Of a DNA stretch of 49,275 nt, positions 36,477 through 49,275 are shown in pieces. The notes beneath the pieces are model-generated. The model saw only the letters and a list, made by a program, of their open reading frames with translations, searched no databases and was not told the origin of the DNA. The DNA comes from Octopus bimaculoides (taxonomy: Eukaryota), in NCBI RefSeq assembly GCF_001194135.2, contig NC_068988.1, positions 89,870,761 to 89,920,035 of the forward strand, in the 5' to 3' direction. Position 1 is the stretch's first letter; each line of letters starts with the position of its first letter. The translations under genes and the position numbers were made by a program.

Positions 36477-37181
36477 TCTGAAAACAATTACTCTAAAGTG
36501 ATTTGAAGATAGCTAGACTGACAATAATTAAAGTAGCATGAAAGAAATATCTTTACTAAAATTAGTCTCGAGTACATGAAGTGAGTGCACAACTGAAAAT
36601 AGAAAAAAGTACCATAAACATAGTTAAACCAATAGTAATAATAGCATTCGATCTGCTTAACTCTTGGTTGCTTTCCCAATTCCATGGTTTGTCTAGAGAA
36701 CGTCACTTAAATTTGTCTGTCTCTAGTAGAAGAAATGTGACTCAAAATTGATGTTGTCGTCCGTTGGATGTGATAGTATTTCAGTCTGATTAGTGAGACC
36801 CAGCATTCATTTCCTATGAGATAATTATTTCAAGAAAATAGTTGTCAGTGAAACTAAATTAACCGATCAGAAGCGAAATATAGATGCTTATGAAGTAGCA
36901 GAATATGTTCTATCGAGAAACAACCTCCGTGCTACTACGCATGCATTACTCCTGTTAAGAGTACACGACTGTGCATGTGCTTATTAATTACGGTTACAAT
37001 AATTACTGGAACAGGATATTAATTTTATTGAAGTAAAATGATACACGAAATTATAAAAAAAATAAATAATAACCCCTATTATACTAGATTTAAATACACA
37101 ACCGTTCTATCTCGAATCTTCGTTAGAATCGTATTGCCAGTCTGACATCAATTAACCCAGCGGAAGGTGATGACTCAATCA

Positions 37182-37218
<37 letters not shown>

Positions 37219-37582
37219 TGTATGTATGTATGAATGCATAATGTTTTTATAATGAGGAATATTTCGCTCTCGTGATGCGTATGTAGGTGTGCAGGGGAAA
37301 GAAATTTTGCATGTATATATGTATATCAGTATATATTTTTGTCTGTTTATATATTTCAGTCTATGTGTTACTTTTACAGTAGTTTATGCTATGTTCAATT
37401 CAATCCACCATGGCATTTCGTGTCACTTTTAGTCAGGTGATCTATTCAGTGTTTCAACATATACCATCATATTTGAATTCAAATGCCATTGTACTTTACT
37501 TCCCTATTTAAGTGTTGCATGCTGTTTACAGAATAAGGTTCGTGTCGCACGAGCATTCTTTCCAAAGGGTTTCTCAATCAAA

Positions 37583-37622
<40 letters not shown>

Positions 37623-37625
<3 letters not shown>

Positions 37626-37688
37626 AATCCAAACAAGGACAGATACACATACATACGTACATACACACACATCTATCTATCTATTTAC

Positions 37689-37729
<41 letters not shown>

Positions 37730-37829
37730 TATAGTCAATCCAAACAAGGACAGATACACATACATACGTACATACACACACATCTATCTATCTATTTACC
37801 TCTCTCTCTATATATATATATGTATATAT
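37623..37829. repeat. Direct tandem duplication, period 111 bp
   Basis: gtcaatccaaacaaggacagatacacat...ctctctatatatatatatgtatatat begins at 37623 and again at 37734. Confidence 0.9.
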
Positions 37830-38255
37830 TTTGAGGTGGATGTTTTTTCATGAGTTTCGATTTCGTGATGGGAGTAGTGTGGAAATGTGAATGGAATCAA
37901 AATAACTGGTGTAAAACCTTAGAACTCTGCGACAACATCTTCTGTCTCCACAAATGTATCGAAAAATGAAAAAGAAAGTGGAAATAAACCGCCTCTACTT
38001 ATCTATTACCTATAAAATACAATTTCTATTGTATCTTCTTCGGGTAGCTTTTAAATGGCTGTGATGAAATTACTCTAAAACACGGGCTTTAGACGTTTTT
38101 TTCCCCTAACCCATCACCGTATGCCTCAACAAACGCCTCAAAACATGCAAAAATATCCTAAATATTGTAATTTATCGAATTCAAAAAAGTTTTCATGTAG
38201 ATGTAAATTACCGTACACCTTCGTCCCTCCTTTTGTGGGGAATTGATATTTTAAA

Positions 38256-38440
38256 CCTAGTACTTATTCTATCGTCTCTTTTGCCGAACCGGTAAGTGTC
38301 CATATACCAAATACACTCACACGGCTTTTGTTGGACCGAGGCTAAAGTAGAAGAAACCATCCCAAGTTGCCACGCAGCTGGACTAAACCCGAACCATGTG
38401 GTTGAGAAGCAGGTTTCTTACCAGAGAGCCACGTCTGCGC
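38256..38440 (-). mobile_element. Internally deleted family-A SINE
   Basis: cctagtacttattctatcg...gccgaaccg joined to ccaaatacactcac...gaaccatgtggttg...ttacca. Confidence 0.8.
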
Positions 38441-38842
38441 AATTTCGTATGATTCCAGTAATAACATTATAGTGTGATTTCCAAAGCTCTTATCCAGCTA
38501 TCAAACATTTTGTTTTTTATTACTGGATGTACAAGTGGAAATGTACAGTGCCTTTGTATATTTCTAAAATTTCAGACAAGTCTACAGTTAAAAGTCCGAT
38601 GAATCTGCAGTTGTTTTATCCTTTTTGTTATATTTCCCTTGCTTCATTTTTTGTTTTTTTTTTGTTTTTCTCATTCGTATCTCTGTGTTCTTGTTCTTCT
38701 TTGTCAGGGGCATACTAAACTAGTATTTCGGTATGGCTACAAAATGTTGAGGAACTAATAATGATATAGCAGTCCTTTGATTCTAGTCATGCGCGTGAAT
38801 ACAATTACTGCTGATTCATACTAATATTATAATAGAATATTA

Positions 38843-38877
<35 letters not shown>

Positions 38878-40149
38878 AATATTAGTTATGCGATGACGCT
38901 TGATCGCGTGTATATTTAATCCTAACACTCGAAAATTTATAAATCGGAGTATCACACTGAGGAGAATGACCGGTAAATTTAATTTACTTTAAATTCGAAA
39001 GGCGTCTATGATTATCTGAAGTCGTGTGAATTCATCATGTTTTTCTTTTTACCTAATAGAAAAGTGTGTTATTGTCTCGGAGATGTTTATGGTAGTTGAA
39101 AATACATTAGCGTCTATTTCTAATTCAGTATGTGGCGAGGCAATTAGCTGACCCCTGATTATAATTATGTATATAATTATAGAATATTTTGTATAATTCA
39201 CCTAAAATAGGTTTTATTAACGTACTGACTACTTGGTAAAATTATTAGTTAATTAATTAATTAATTTTACCGTATATTATATATATATACGTAGCATTCA
39301 GCAATTAACTGCTCATAATGATGCGTTGAAACAATTGTAGTGATTCGTAAGAAAATCTGTTCAATATATCCTCTCGTACTAATTGCTTATATATCGTTGC
39401 TATTATGTTAAACTGTCGTATATCCAGATTTGGCCAAATGCGGTCTTTTCAATATATATTTTTGCTTGCAATAGCCTGTACTTTTGGTCAAACTATCGTA
39501 TCTCCAGCTACTTCTGAAGCCAATATATCAAAAATTGTCAAAGTGTAGTACTACGGTTTTGCTATGGAACGATGAAACTATATTTTCGCTTCTGAAAAAG
39601 CGAAGTTTTGGACTTACAACACTTTTCCATTATAACAACGATATATATACTTTTATATATGTATGTATATACATAAACAAAGATGCGTACACACATTCAT
39701 GCACACATACATGCATACATACATACATACATACATACATACACACACATACATACATACATAATATAGATTGAGGATCTTCAGATCGTGCAAACAAGAG
39801 ACTGACTCAAATGGCTAACGAGTTTACTGTGCAAACACAACGCCCCCTCTCCGAAATTTCACCATGGTGTCTCGGGCAAATGTCATTTTCCAAATGCACA
39901 TGTCGGAATATGCTAACATTGAGCAGAAGAAAACTAGAGTATTGTTGGGTGGTTCATACCTATAATTCAAAAGTATGCAGTCATTTCACACGTTGCACGA
40001 TACTAACTCAATCCTGCGAGGTAATTTATGGATACACGACTCTGGAATTCTTAGCCAGGTAATGCACGAGCAGGTTATTTTCTTGATCTAACAAGTGAAC
40101 TTGCATGGTCGAACGACGGAAACCGCCATCGTATGTAAGCCTATCTGCG

Positions 40150-40830
40150 TATATGGGGTGCATACAAAAAGCCACTCTATTTCTTCCCTCAAGTACTAAT
40201 TCCACGTTGGAAACATCTTTGAGTAGAAGATGACGCCACCCTTTCTGCGCATGAGTGAAAATTTTCGCGCCTGTAGGCCGCATCAGTTTCCGGCTGTTAC
40301 ACCTAGAGTATAAATGTGCAATGCGAGTTCGTGGGACTTCCGTTTTCAGCGAACACATCCAGCAGAATTTTTGCGTCAAGGTTTGCGAAAAGCTTATGAT
40401 ATGCATTCTCAAAACAATCCAAAAAACTCAGTAGGCCTTTGGGGATGATGACATAGGTAAAACCCGGATCAATGAGTGGTACAACCGCTTCAAGCATGGC
40501 CGCACCTCAGTGGAGAGTGATGCATGCTATTCTCATGTCGAAACGAAGGGCCAATTGAGAAGGTTCGGCGAATGGTCATGGAAGACAAACGTGGAACAAT
40601 CTAAAAAATTGTTCGCCAAATGGTGATAAGCATAGGATGTGTGCATGACGATTTAACGGAAGATTTGTGCATGTAGAAAGTGTCAGCGAAATTCACAACC
40701 AGAAGAAGCAGCCCTGCATGTAAATCGCCAAGAACATGATGAGCTGCACAAACCCGGATCCATGAAGTCTATCATCACTGGTTATGAGACATGGCTTTCT
40801 GGTTTCTGCTCGATGCGTTCAGTCATCTTG
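40150..40830 (+). mobile_element. Decayed mariner (DD34D-like) transposase 5' half
   Basis: Frameshifted: AFGDDDIGKTRINEWYNRFKHGRTSVESDA...EKVRRMVMEDKRGTI...DLTEDLCM*KVSAKF...MKSIITGYETW (HTH region and ITGDETW motif). Confidence 0.82.
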
Positions 40831-41221
40831 CGTGAAACTGGAAATTCGATGATTAGCCAGGGTACCAAGTGATATTTGTATATATTTTGAAATAGTTATT
40901 TGTGGAATACCGGCCTTCGATATCAACTATATCTTTCCACTTTTGCGAACGGCAAAATCATTTTCCAGCTTTTGATTTTCAGTGATAATGCCCACGACAG
41001 CAATGATGCCTTTGCTTTGAACAAATTCGGTGGCAATAAGAGTTGAGAGTTGACTAGACCGCCGCCTAGATCAATTATTTGTCGCTTGTAAGGTAAAAAC
41101 TAAATAAAACTAATCCTAGAAAGTGTGTTGGAACGAAAATTTTTCAAACTAAATCTCCATTAAATTGCAGGACATAGAGAGGACCCGCGTATTATAAGCA
41201 ATAATATTTTTTGCAAATCAT

Positions 41222-41830
41222 TTTGGCAGAAGGCTAGGGATTCAAGGGGCTCGGGCTAAGTCGATCGCACTGATCTCAGTACTAGATTATTTATTTATTT
41301 AATGGCGCCTGGAAGCAGAAAAGGCAAAGCTGACCTCAGCAGTAATATAGATCAATCTGTAAAGAGCCGGAAGAAATGCCGATGAGCTTTTTATGCGACG
41401 TACAAAAATCTGAAGACACCACCAGCTCACCGGTTGAGGAATGATAATTATAGTATTTCTTTTTTCTATAGGCACTAAGCTTGAAATTTTGTAGGAGGGG
41501 ATAGTTGATTCATTCGGCCCAGTACTCATCCGGAAGAATGAATGGCAAAGTAACGTCGGCGAAGTATGAACTTGGTAGTAAAGACAGATGAAATGCCGCC
41601 AAGCATTTTGTCCAATGCGCTAAAATCTGACGTTTCTACAACCTCACAGCTTTAATAATAGTAATTATGATTTCAAATTTTGATACACGATCACCAAGTT
41701 TGGGGAAGGGGGTTAGTCGATTACACCACCTCCAGTATTCTACTGGTGCTTATTTTATCGACCCCAAAAGAGTGAAGGTCAAGTCAACATGTGCAGAATT
41801 TGAAGAAATGCTGTTAAAAATTTTGTCCAC
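41222..41830 (-). mobile_element. Cluster of three decayed family-B SINEs (~41222-41400, 41455-41625, 41675-41830)
   Basis: Repeated ggcac/ggcag...agtcgat...cagtact...aaaggcaaag blocks, all in minus orientation. Confidence 0.6.
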
Positions 41831-42565
41831 ACTGTGTTACTAATAATAATTATTATAACGCCAACGGAAAGTTTAACATTGCTGGACTGATAATTTTTTC
41901 CATATTTTGAATTATTTTGAATTCTCCTTTTCATCTATTTAATGTTCGATACGTTTTGTGAACCAGACATTGAATCTACTACAACATTTTATTAGAAATA
42001 TGTGATGCTTTGCAAATGCAACTACAAACACAAAAGCGATTGTTTTTGTTTATATTTATTGAATAGCTCTGACAAAGATATTAATTGTATAGGTGAATAA
42101 ATTTGAGTAATGACGACATATTGATTCCCTAAGGAGTGTTATTACACAGTTGAAGTTTTAACAAAATATAATTTTATGCAATTCGACTTGGTTTAAAAAT
42201 AAAAACAAGCAGATCTCCAGTGCTGTGACTTGAACCCACTGTTCGCTTTTGTAATTCTTAACTGCATAATTCAACATCGCATCTCGTCAAATTGGCATTA
42301 TTCTTTCCTATTCTCTTTCTATATTTTGAATAAAAAGAAAACAAAATCATATATATATATATGCATGTGTGTGTGTGTTTAATTTTCCGTTTTCCAACCA
42401 GTTTATCCTTACTGATGATGAATATAAACTGCTATCATCAACTTAAACCAAGTCCTCATAAATAATATAAAATATAAAAGGAAGCAAATGAACAAAAGAG
42501 AACTTGACTGGTGTTTTGCATAATAGTTAACATAAAGCATTTAAAGAATAAAACATAAAACTTTC

Positions 42566-42602
<37 letters not shown>

Positions 42603-42729
42603 ACTGATCTTGTTTTATGTTGTGAAAGCATTAAATAACATTGATTTCCTTGTTAATTAAAACACTGACGTTGTTTTGGGATAATTGTTTTTTATTGTGG
42701 TTAATACAGGTTGTGAATGGGTGATGGAG

Positions 42730-44150
42730 AGGATGTCTGCGATATGCTACAAGCTGTGGTAGCAATGGTGGTGGTGGTGGTGTGGTAGTGGTGGTGGTGG
42801 TGGTGGTGTGGTGGTGGTGTGGTGGTGGGAGTGGTAATGGCAGTGGTGGTGGTGGAGGTGATAGCAGTGGTGGTGTTGTTGTTGTTGGTAGTAATGATAG
42901 TGGTGTTGCTAGTGTTGGTGCTGTTGGGCGTGGTGGTGGCAGTGTTGTTGTTGTTGGTGGTGGTGGTCGTCGTCGTCGTGGACGTGGTGGTGGTGCTGGT
43001 ATTGGTGGTAAAGTCCATAGAAGTGGTGATGGTCATGTAGAGAAAGGGTTGTTTGGACATGAGAGTGGTAGTAGTAGTGGTAGTGTTGGTAATGGTAGTG
43101 CCGCTAGTGCTATTGCTGAAGAGGGTTGGTGGTGTCAGCGGTAGAGGTAGTGGTGGTAGTGGTAGTGGTGTTGTTACTAATGCTGGATTTGCTTCTAATA
43201 TTGGTGGAATTAGAACAGCTACTGGTTCCAGTAGTGGTGGTCATGCTGGTGATGGTAGTAGTAACAGTTAGGAAGATATTGGTGATGATAATTGTGATGT
43301 TGGTACTAAAATTGGCTCCTCCGGGGATAGTGCNNNNNNNNNNNNNNNNNNNNNNNNNNNNNNNNNNNNNNNNNNNNNNNNNNNNNNNNNNNNNNNNNNN
43401 NNNNNNNNNNNNNNNNNNNNNNNNNNNNNNNNNNNNNNNNNNNNNNNNNNNNNNNNNNNNNNNNNNNNNNNNNNNNNNNNNNNNNNNNNNNNNNNNNNNN
43501 NNNNNNNNNNNNNNNNNNNNNNNNNNNNNNNNNNNNNNNNNNNNNNNNNNNNNNNNNNNNNNNNNNNNNNNNNNNNNNNNNNNNNNNNNNNNNNNNNNNN
43601 NNNNNNNNNNNNNNNNNNNNNNNNNNNNNNNNNNNNNNNNNNNNNNNNNNNNACGAGGAGGTGGAGGAGGAGGTGGAGGAGGAGGTAGAGGAGGAGGTGG
43701 AGGAGGAAGTAGACGAGGAGGTGGAGGAGGAGGTGGAGGAGAGGTGGTTAAATTTGTTATGGCGGTGATAGTGATAGTATTGGTGGTGGTTGTGATAGTG
43801 GTAGTGTTAGTGGAGGTGGCGGTGGTGTTACTAGAAGCGTTGGTGGTAGTGTCAGTGGTAGTTGGTAAATGTTGAGGTAATTGTTGAGGTAATAGTGGTG
43901 GTGGTGGTGATATTGGTAGTGATAGTCTTTGCGGTGGTGCTGATGGTAGCATCAACGGTGGTTGGGTAATTATTGTAGTAATAACTGTGGTGTTGATGGT
44001 GGTGGTGTTTGTTATGGTGGTGATGGTGGGGATCATGGTAGTGGTGGTTGTGATGGTGCTAGTTGTAGTGGTGGTGATGGTGCTGGTTGTAGTGGTGGTG
44101 ATGGTGGTGGTCATCGTAGAAATGTTAATAAGTGGACCGGTTGATATTGT
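42730..44150. repeat. G/T-rich degenerate (GGT/GNT)n low-complexity region, including GGAGGAGGTGGA repeats at 43653-43745
   Basis: Direct reading; contains a gap. Confidence 0.9.
43334..43652. other. Assembly gap (N)
   Basis: N run inside the low-complexity region. Confidence 1.
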
Positions 44151-44401
44151 TTCATCCTACATGTTGCGATGGTAGTAAGGTTAAAGTGACCGTGTGGCTG
44201 TAAGAATAACAACTGGAAGTTCTGTTGCCGGTTGTGGTCGCGGTAAGGCGAGTACAGATACACGGCCATCAATATCGGCACCACCACCACCAGCAAGAAC
44301 ACAAACACCACCTGCACCACCATTGCAACTAAGCTGTGCTGGAGGACGTAGGTGGCAGTGGCGGTGGCGTTGGTAAAGGCTGAAGTGGCGTCATGGGTCG
44401 A

Positions 44402-44519
44402 AGCGGCGAGAGCAGTCAGAGCGGCGAGAGCGGTCAGAGCGGCGAGAGCGGTCAGAGCGGCGAGAGCGGTCAGAGCGGCGAGAACAGCGAGAGGTGACCA
44501 GAGCGGTCAGAGCGGCCAG
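44402..44519. repeat. GC-rich 18-bp minisatellite (AGCGGCGAGAGCGGTCAG)x4 plus derived 9-mers
   Basis: Units start at 44402, 44420, 44438 and 44456, with a partial unit at 44474. Confidence 0.95.
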
Positions 44520-44604
44520 AGCGGCGGCAGTGGTGATAAACGGTGACAGCGGCGCAGAAACGACGCAGAAGCGACGGTGGTGGTGGTAGTGGTGGTTATA
44601 CTCC

Positions 44605-44990
44605 CGTTACCGGTTAAAGACTTGAGTTTCATAGAAGTTAATAATTTTTGGAGTGGCTATTATTGAGTTCAAATTTCGGTGCCTTGTGAGTGTTTATTGA
44701 GCGAAAACACCAAAAGCTCCACGAGGCTCCAGCAGGGGATGGTGGCGAACCCTGCTGTACTCTTTCACCATAACTTTCTCTCACTCTTACTTCCTGTTTC
44801 TGTTGTGCTTGTATTTCAAAGGGTCAGCCTTGTCACACTGTGTCACGCTGAAGATCCCCGAGAACTACGTTGAGGGTACACGTGTCTGTGGAGTGCTCAG
44901 CCACTTGCACGTTAATTTCACGAACAGGCTGTTCCGTTGATCGGATCAACTGGAACCCTCGACGTCGTAAGCGACGGAGTGCCAGCAACA
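44605..44990 (+). mobile_element. 3' end of a non-LTR-like element with CAA-type terminus
   Basis: Non-coding block ending ...gtcgtaagcgacggagtgccagcaacaa. Its last ~140 nt match the family-C SINE tail; no tRNA head is seen upstream. Confidence 0.6.
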
Positions 44991-45299
44991 ATTGTTGATG
45001 ACATGTTTGTACTCACAGATATCGGTGATCGTATTGCTAACGATGTTGGAGGATTGGTAAAGGTGGTAGTGATGGTGAGTAAACATATTTTATTTGGAGA
45101 AGGACCAGCATATGAAAATCCATTTACACAGTCTCCATGTAACACCCACTTTTTTTTTCATTGTAAATCAATACAACTTATTTATTATCCCCGCCCCTTC
45201 CCTGCTGGGATCATTTAGTTTTCTGTTGACTGGACGTCGGATGTCTTTCATCATGCATAACAACGTTAACAAAAATAACATTGTTAACGACGCAAATAT

Positions 45300-45439
45300 C
45301 AGTAACAACAACAACAACAACAACAACAACATCGACGATGATGATGATGACGACGACGACGACGATGATCATGGCGATGACGCTAATGATGATAACGCCG
45401 ACAGCAATGACGATGATGGTGGTGGTGGTGGTGGTGACG

Positions 45440-45515
<76 letters not shown>

Positions 45516-45680
45516 CGATGACGATGATGATGATGATGATGATGATGATGACGACGATGATGATGATGATGATGATGATGATGACGATGATGATGATGAT
45601 GACGATGATGATGATGATGATGATGATGGTGGTGATAATGACGATGATGATTATTATGATAATGATGATGATGATGAAAT
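45300..45680. repeat. (AAC)n-(GAT/GAC)n-(GGT)n compound trinucleotide microsatellite
   Basis: Direct reading; source of poly-D/M ORFs. Confidence 0.95.
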
Positions 45681-46070
45681 TACTAAAGTATTAGCTAAAC
45701 AAATATTTGTTTGTTTGTTTTTTTAGCGTCTCCAGGGAAACGAAAGCATATAAAACAAGCGCCGAGGTAACAGACACGTGTGGGAGACTTGAGAATCAAC
45801 AGCAAATATTGAAGCAGAAAGAAAAAAATATTCAATGACAAAGAAAGCGGGATTACAAAATTTCTTGCAAAGACTATAGCGTGTAATGCCCTTATATGGT
45901 CAAATATCTGCAATAAAAAAAATACTGGAGTGAATAAAGACTTGGAGACAATTAGCGGAGAGGTTCAAAACTACGGAAGATGTGTTGGACTCATTGCTGG
46001 AACCGAAGTGTCTTTCACGTTGCGAATGGCTAAACACACTTCTTACTACAAAAAGAAACTAAGGTGTGTA

Positions 46071-46071
46071 C

Positions 46072-46125
<54 letters not shown>

Positions 46126-46180
46126 AACACACACAAACCCACACACACAAACACACACATACACACACACACACACACAT
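46071..46180. repeat. (CA)n microsatellite
   Basis: Direct reading. Confidence 0.95.
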
Positions 46181-47432
46181 ATATGGTTTAAATGTAGAGA
46201 ATGCAAAAGACAGACAAAGCTGAAGAAGAGAAAAAGTAGCTGTATTAGTTAGACGCCTTTGAAAAGTGGAAAAGTCTTTGGCGTTTCGAGCTTACGCTCT
46301 TCAATAAAAACGGATGAGAAGAAAAAGATAAAACGGAAAGGGAGATACAAAATGGACAGAGGGATTAATGGTTCTACTCAGCTTGTAAACAACCATTAAA
46401 TGACATTGATTCTGATTACGTCCCTCTCTTCTGTCCCTCTTTTGCTTTTTTTCTCCGGTCACTAATTTCTCTGTTATTTTTCAGCTTATCAAGTGAGCTA
46501 TTGTATCGTTCTCACTCTCTACTAGTTTCTTAAGATCATTGTTAAGGGATCGAACCTCATATACTTTTTTTTTTCTCTTTATCTCTTGTTGCACTATTTT
46601 GATACCACCAGAACAGAGCAAAAATTTCGATATCCTGGATTTAATCTTTAAGTCAAAAACCTATTTTGATGATGAACTATAGTTTTCTTTTACAACGATT
46701 CATTTTCATCATTATTGATTAATGTTTCACTTTACCAACGAAAATTTCGTATTAATTTCATCGTACGCAAACATTTGATCTGTCCAACGTGAATACCTTA
46801 AAACTACTTCACCAACGCCCTTCTTATCTCTGCATCCCTGTGGCTAAGACACCATTATACGTTTAAATATTCCCTTTTGTATTTCTTTCTAGGCTATAGA
46901 ATTTCTAAGAACTGCATTCAATATCGTTTTGTAAACACTGATATAGGAGTATTTTTCATGGTGATGAATATGTCGGGCTCATATTTTCGTCCATTCTGCA
47001 CTTATTTTCTGCCCCGTTTCATTCTACACTTTACTATCCCTTGCTTTGTTGTCGTCGTTTGTACCCATTACTTACACTATTGTACTTTACAGTACCCCTC
47101 AAATACTATTTAGTCAACCATTTCGAACATTATCGCCTACAAACCGGTAACACTGACTAACTGTGTATTCATGCGAAATTAAGGCACTTACACACACACA
47201 CACATCAATACACACACACACAGATGCACACAAACACGCAAGCACCCTTCATACACGCACATGCATGTACATACTTACACACACACGTGTGTGTGTACGT
47301 ACTGAAATTTCTCAGAATATAGTTTTGAAATTTTTCTTGGAAATTTCTCGGAATATAGTTTGGAATCATAATAAAAAATTCAATTCATTATCGGTATAGA
47401 TATACACTAAGGCCCATTTGTACTCATATATA

Positions 47433-48661
47433 CAGGTTACAGTGAATATATTGTCGTCTAAATTATGGAAAAATGAAAAAGAAAACACTGACGTTTCGTT
47501 TTAACAGATATATCTACCAAAATTACATTAAAAAATGATACTAAAGAGTAAATTTATTCAATAAAATCGCCATTGTAGGCGTAGGAGTGGCTGTGTGGTA
47601 AGTAGCTTGCTTACCAACCACATGGCATCTTGGGCAAGTGTCTTCTACTATAGCCTCGGGCCGACCAAAGCCTTGTGAGTGGATTTGGTAGACGGAAACT
47701 GAAAGAAGCCCGTCGTATATATGTATATATATATATATGTATGTGTTTGTCCACCCCGACATCGCTTGACAACCGATGCTGGTGTGTTTATGTCCCCGTA
47801 ACTTAGCGGTTCGGCAATAGAGACCGATAGAATAAGTACTAGGCTTCTAAAGAATAAGTCCTGGGGTCTATTTGTTCGACTAAAGGCGGTGCTTCAGCAT
47901 GGCCACAGTCAAAAGACTGAAACAAGTAAAAAAAAAAAAATTAGCTTCAACCACGACGATTCAGAATCTCCTGCAACTCTTTTGGACGGTCTCCTTGTTT
48001 AATCTGGTGAATGCCGCCATAATCCTTGCCTCCAGTTCATCTTTGGTGTTACAAGGATTTTTGTTGGTCTCTTACTCAACTGCAACCCACACATAATAAT
48101 CAAGGGAGTTGCGATCTGGGGAGTCAGTGGACCGATGTTTAGGATGATGTGGTCACAAAAATAGTCTGACAGCCATGACTGGGTTCTCCTGCTCGTGTGA
48201 CATGGTGCAGAGTGCCAGACATAGGGTCTTGACCCTGAGCACCAACCACTACCACCTCTAGGCACTTGAATTAGGTATCGGTGTTGAGTCTGAGGTTGTG
48301 TGAGATGAATGGAGGCATAACTTCGCCATCACTAATGATCATTCCAGCCATCATGATCTTGACCGGATGTTTGGTTTCATTTTCATCACTCTCTGTACAT
48401 GTCCTTAGATTGCACTGTCCTCACACTGACACCCAAACACTCTGAAATGTTCGTATTGGAGCTTTCGGCGCGAATGCCAAGCAGTACAGCATGTAGTTTC
48501 CAAATTGCTGGCAGAGTAAATTGCCTCATGATGCCGCTTTTGTCACAGAGGGTGTCCAACTGACCTTGATACACTGTGTAGTCGAAAAAAATCAAAACCA
48601 AAGAATGCGCATGCACGAAATTAAAAATATAAAATGGTGACAATTTATCCATTGGAACCTG
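47433..48661 (-). mobile_element. Internally deleted DD37D/maT-like Tc1/mariner element with both TIRs and TA flanks, interrupted by a SINE
   Basis: 26-bp TIRs caggttacagtgaatatattgtcgtc vs caggttccaatggataaattgtcacc (20/26); TA at 47431-47432 and 48662-48663. Decayed transposase from ATG 48529 (MRQFTLPAIWKLHAVLLGIRAESSNTNISECLGVSVRTVQ) through PYVWHSAPCHTSRRTQSWLSDYFCDHI to NGDFIE* (stop 47554-47556). Confidence 0.92.
47575..47940 (+). mobile_element. Family-A SINE nested in the maT element (B-box segment deleted)
   Basis: gtaggcgtaggagtggctgtgtggtaag...catggcatcttgggcaag...gactgaaacaagtaaaaaaa. The interrupted site cgccatt|agcttcaacc is intact in the copy at 2394-2410. Confidence 0.92.
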
Positions 48662-49275
48662 TACATGCAGAATTAGGCACAGTCAGACGCAAGCAATAAC
48701 ATCCTTCCAAACAGATATATATGAAAGGTTTTAGTTATCCTTTTTTTTATATATAATTTTCATATTTCAACGATAGACGTAAAGGAAAGAGACTCAATCT
48801 CAACACTTATGGGCATAAATATTCATGGGATTTATTCAATAATACCACTCACATGTGAACCAAAGTAACTAAACTCTGGCAAGAAATTTCTCAACATTTT
48901 CCGCCATCCTTCACATAAGTCATGATCATGAAATTATATGTTACATTCGCTGTCATTTTTGACAGTGTAGTTGCACCAGTGGTTTAATAAAATAACATAT
49001 GGGAAAATATCAGCAAATGAATAAAGACGTTTTTACTTGTCTAACTTCAATAACACATTAAAATAAGTTATACAGAAATTTCACCAATATATATTTTCTT
49101 TGTATACAATTTTTGAAATTAATTTAAGTAAAAATTTAATTATTCCTACTCAACGAGTCTACTTCTAATGTGTGGAATTTAATGTTATGTCTATTCTTTT
49201 AATAAATATCTGTTTCATATTTCTTTTTTAAATATCTTTCTCAAAACAGTGTACATGGATATATATATATATATA

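Noticed and set aside
39811-40062. 83-aa ORF with TACTAAC and nearby splice-like signals
   Set aside because: No recognisable protein, branch-to-AG spacing is short, and it abuts a mariner relic.
43110-44114. 334-aa Thr/Pro-rich mucin-like ORF on the minus strand
   Set aside because: It spans a gap, and the A/C-rich minus strand rarely forms stops, so openness is expected. There is no signal peptide or splice support.
45094-45726. 210-aa Asp-rich ORF
   Set aside because: Essentially a (GAT/GAC)n microsatellite with incoherent flanking peptide.

Overview
This is AT-rich, repeat-dominated non-coding animal DNA from a gapped assembly. There are six N-gaps, nearly all next to simple repeats. 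The SINE families look like those I recall from octopod cephalopods (likely Octopus); this is inference from recalled repeat sequences, not a database match. I cannot support any intact protein-coding gene, rRNA, tRNA gene or CRISPR array. Most ORFs in the track are translations of microsatellites, N-gaps or TE relics. The window contains three tRNA-headed SINE families (labelled A, B, C here), three Tc1/mariner relics of DD37D/maT type, one DD34D-like mariner relic and one hAT-type MITE with TSD. It also contains two R4/Dong-type (RLE) LINE 3' fragments, two L1/Tx1-type fragments, a probable Gypsy integrase relic, and three copies of a ~550-bp non-coding element found in (AAT)n tracts. The best candidate for an under-described system is a set of microsatellite-targeting retroelements. 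An (AAT)n-associated 550-bp element is fused directly to an R4/Dong 3' end, which may be a template-switch chimera. A Tx1-like 3' end sits inside (GATA)n. Two SINE families carry tails resembling LINE-like 3' ends in the same window, including a dimeric SINE flanked by a 15-bp TSD. The novelty of these cannot be established without Repbase/Dfam searches.
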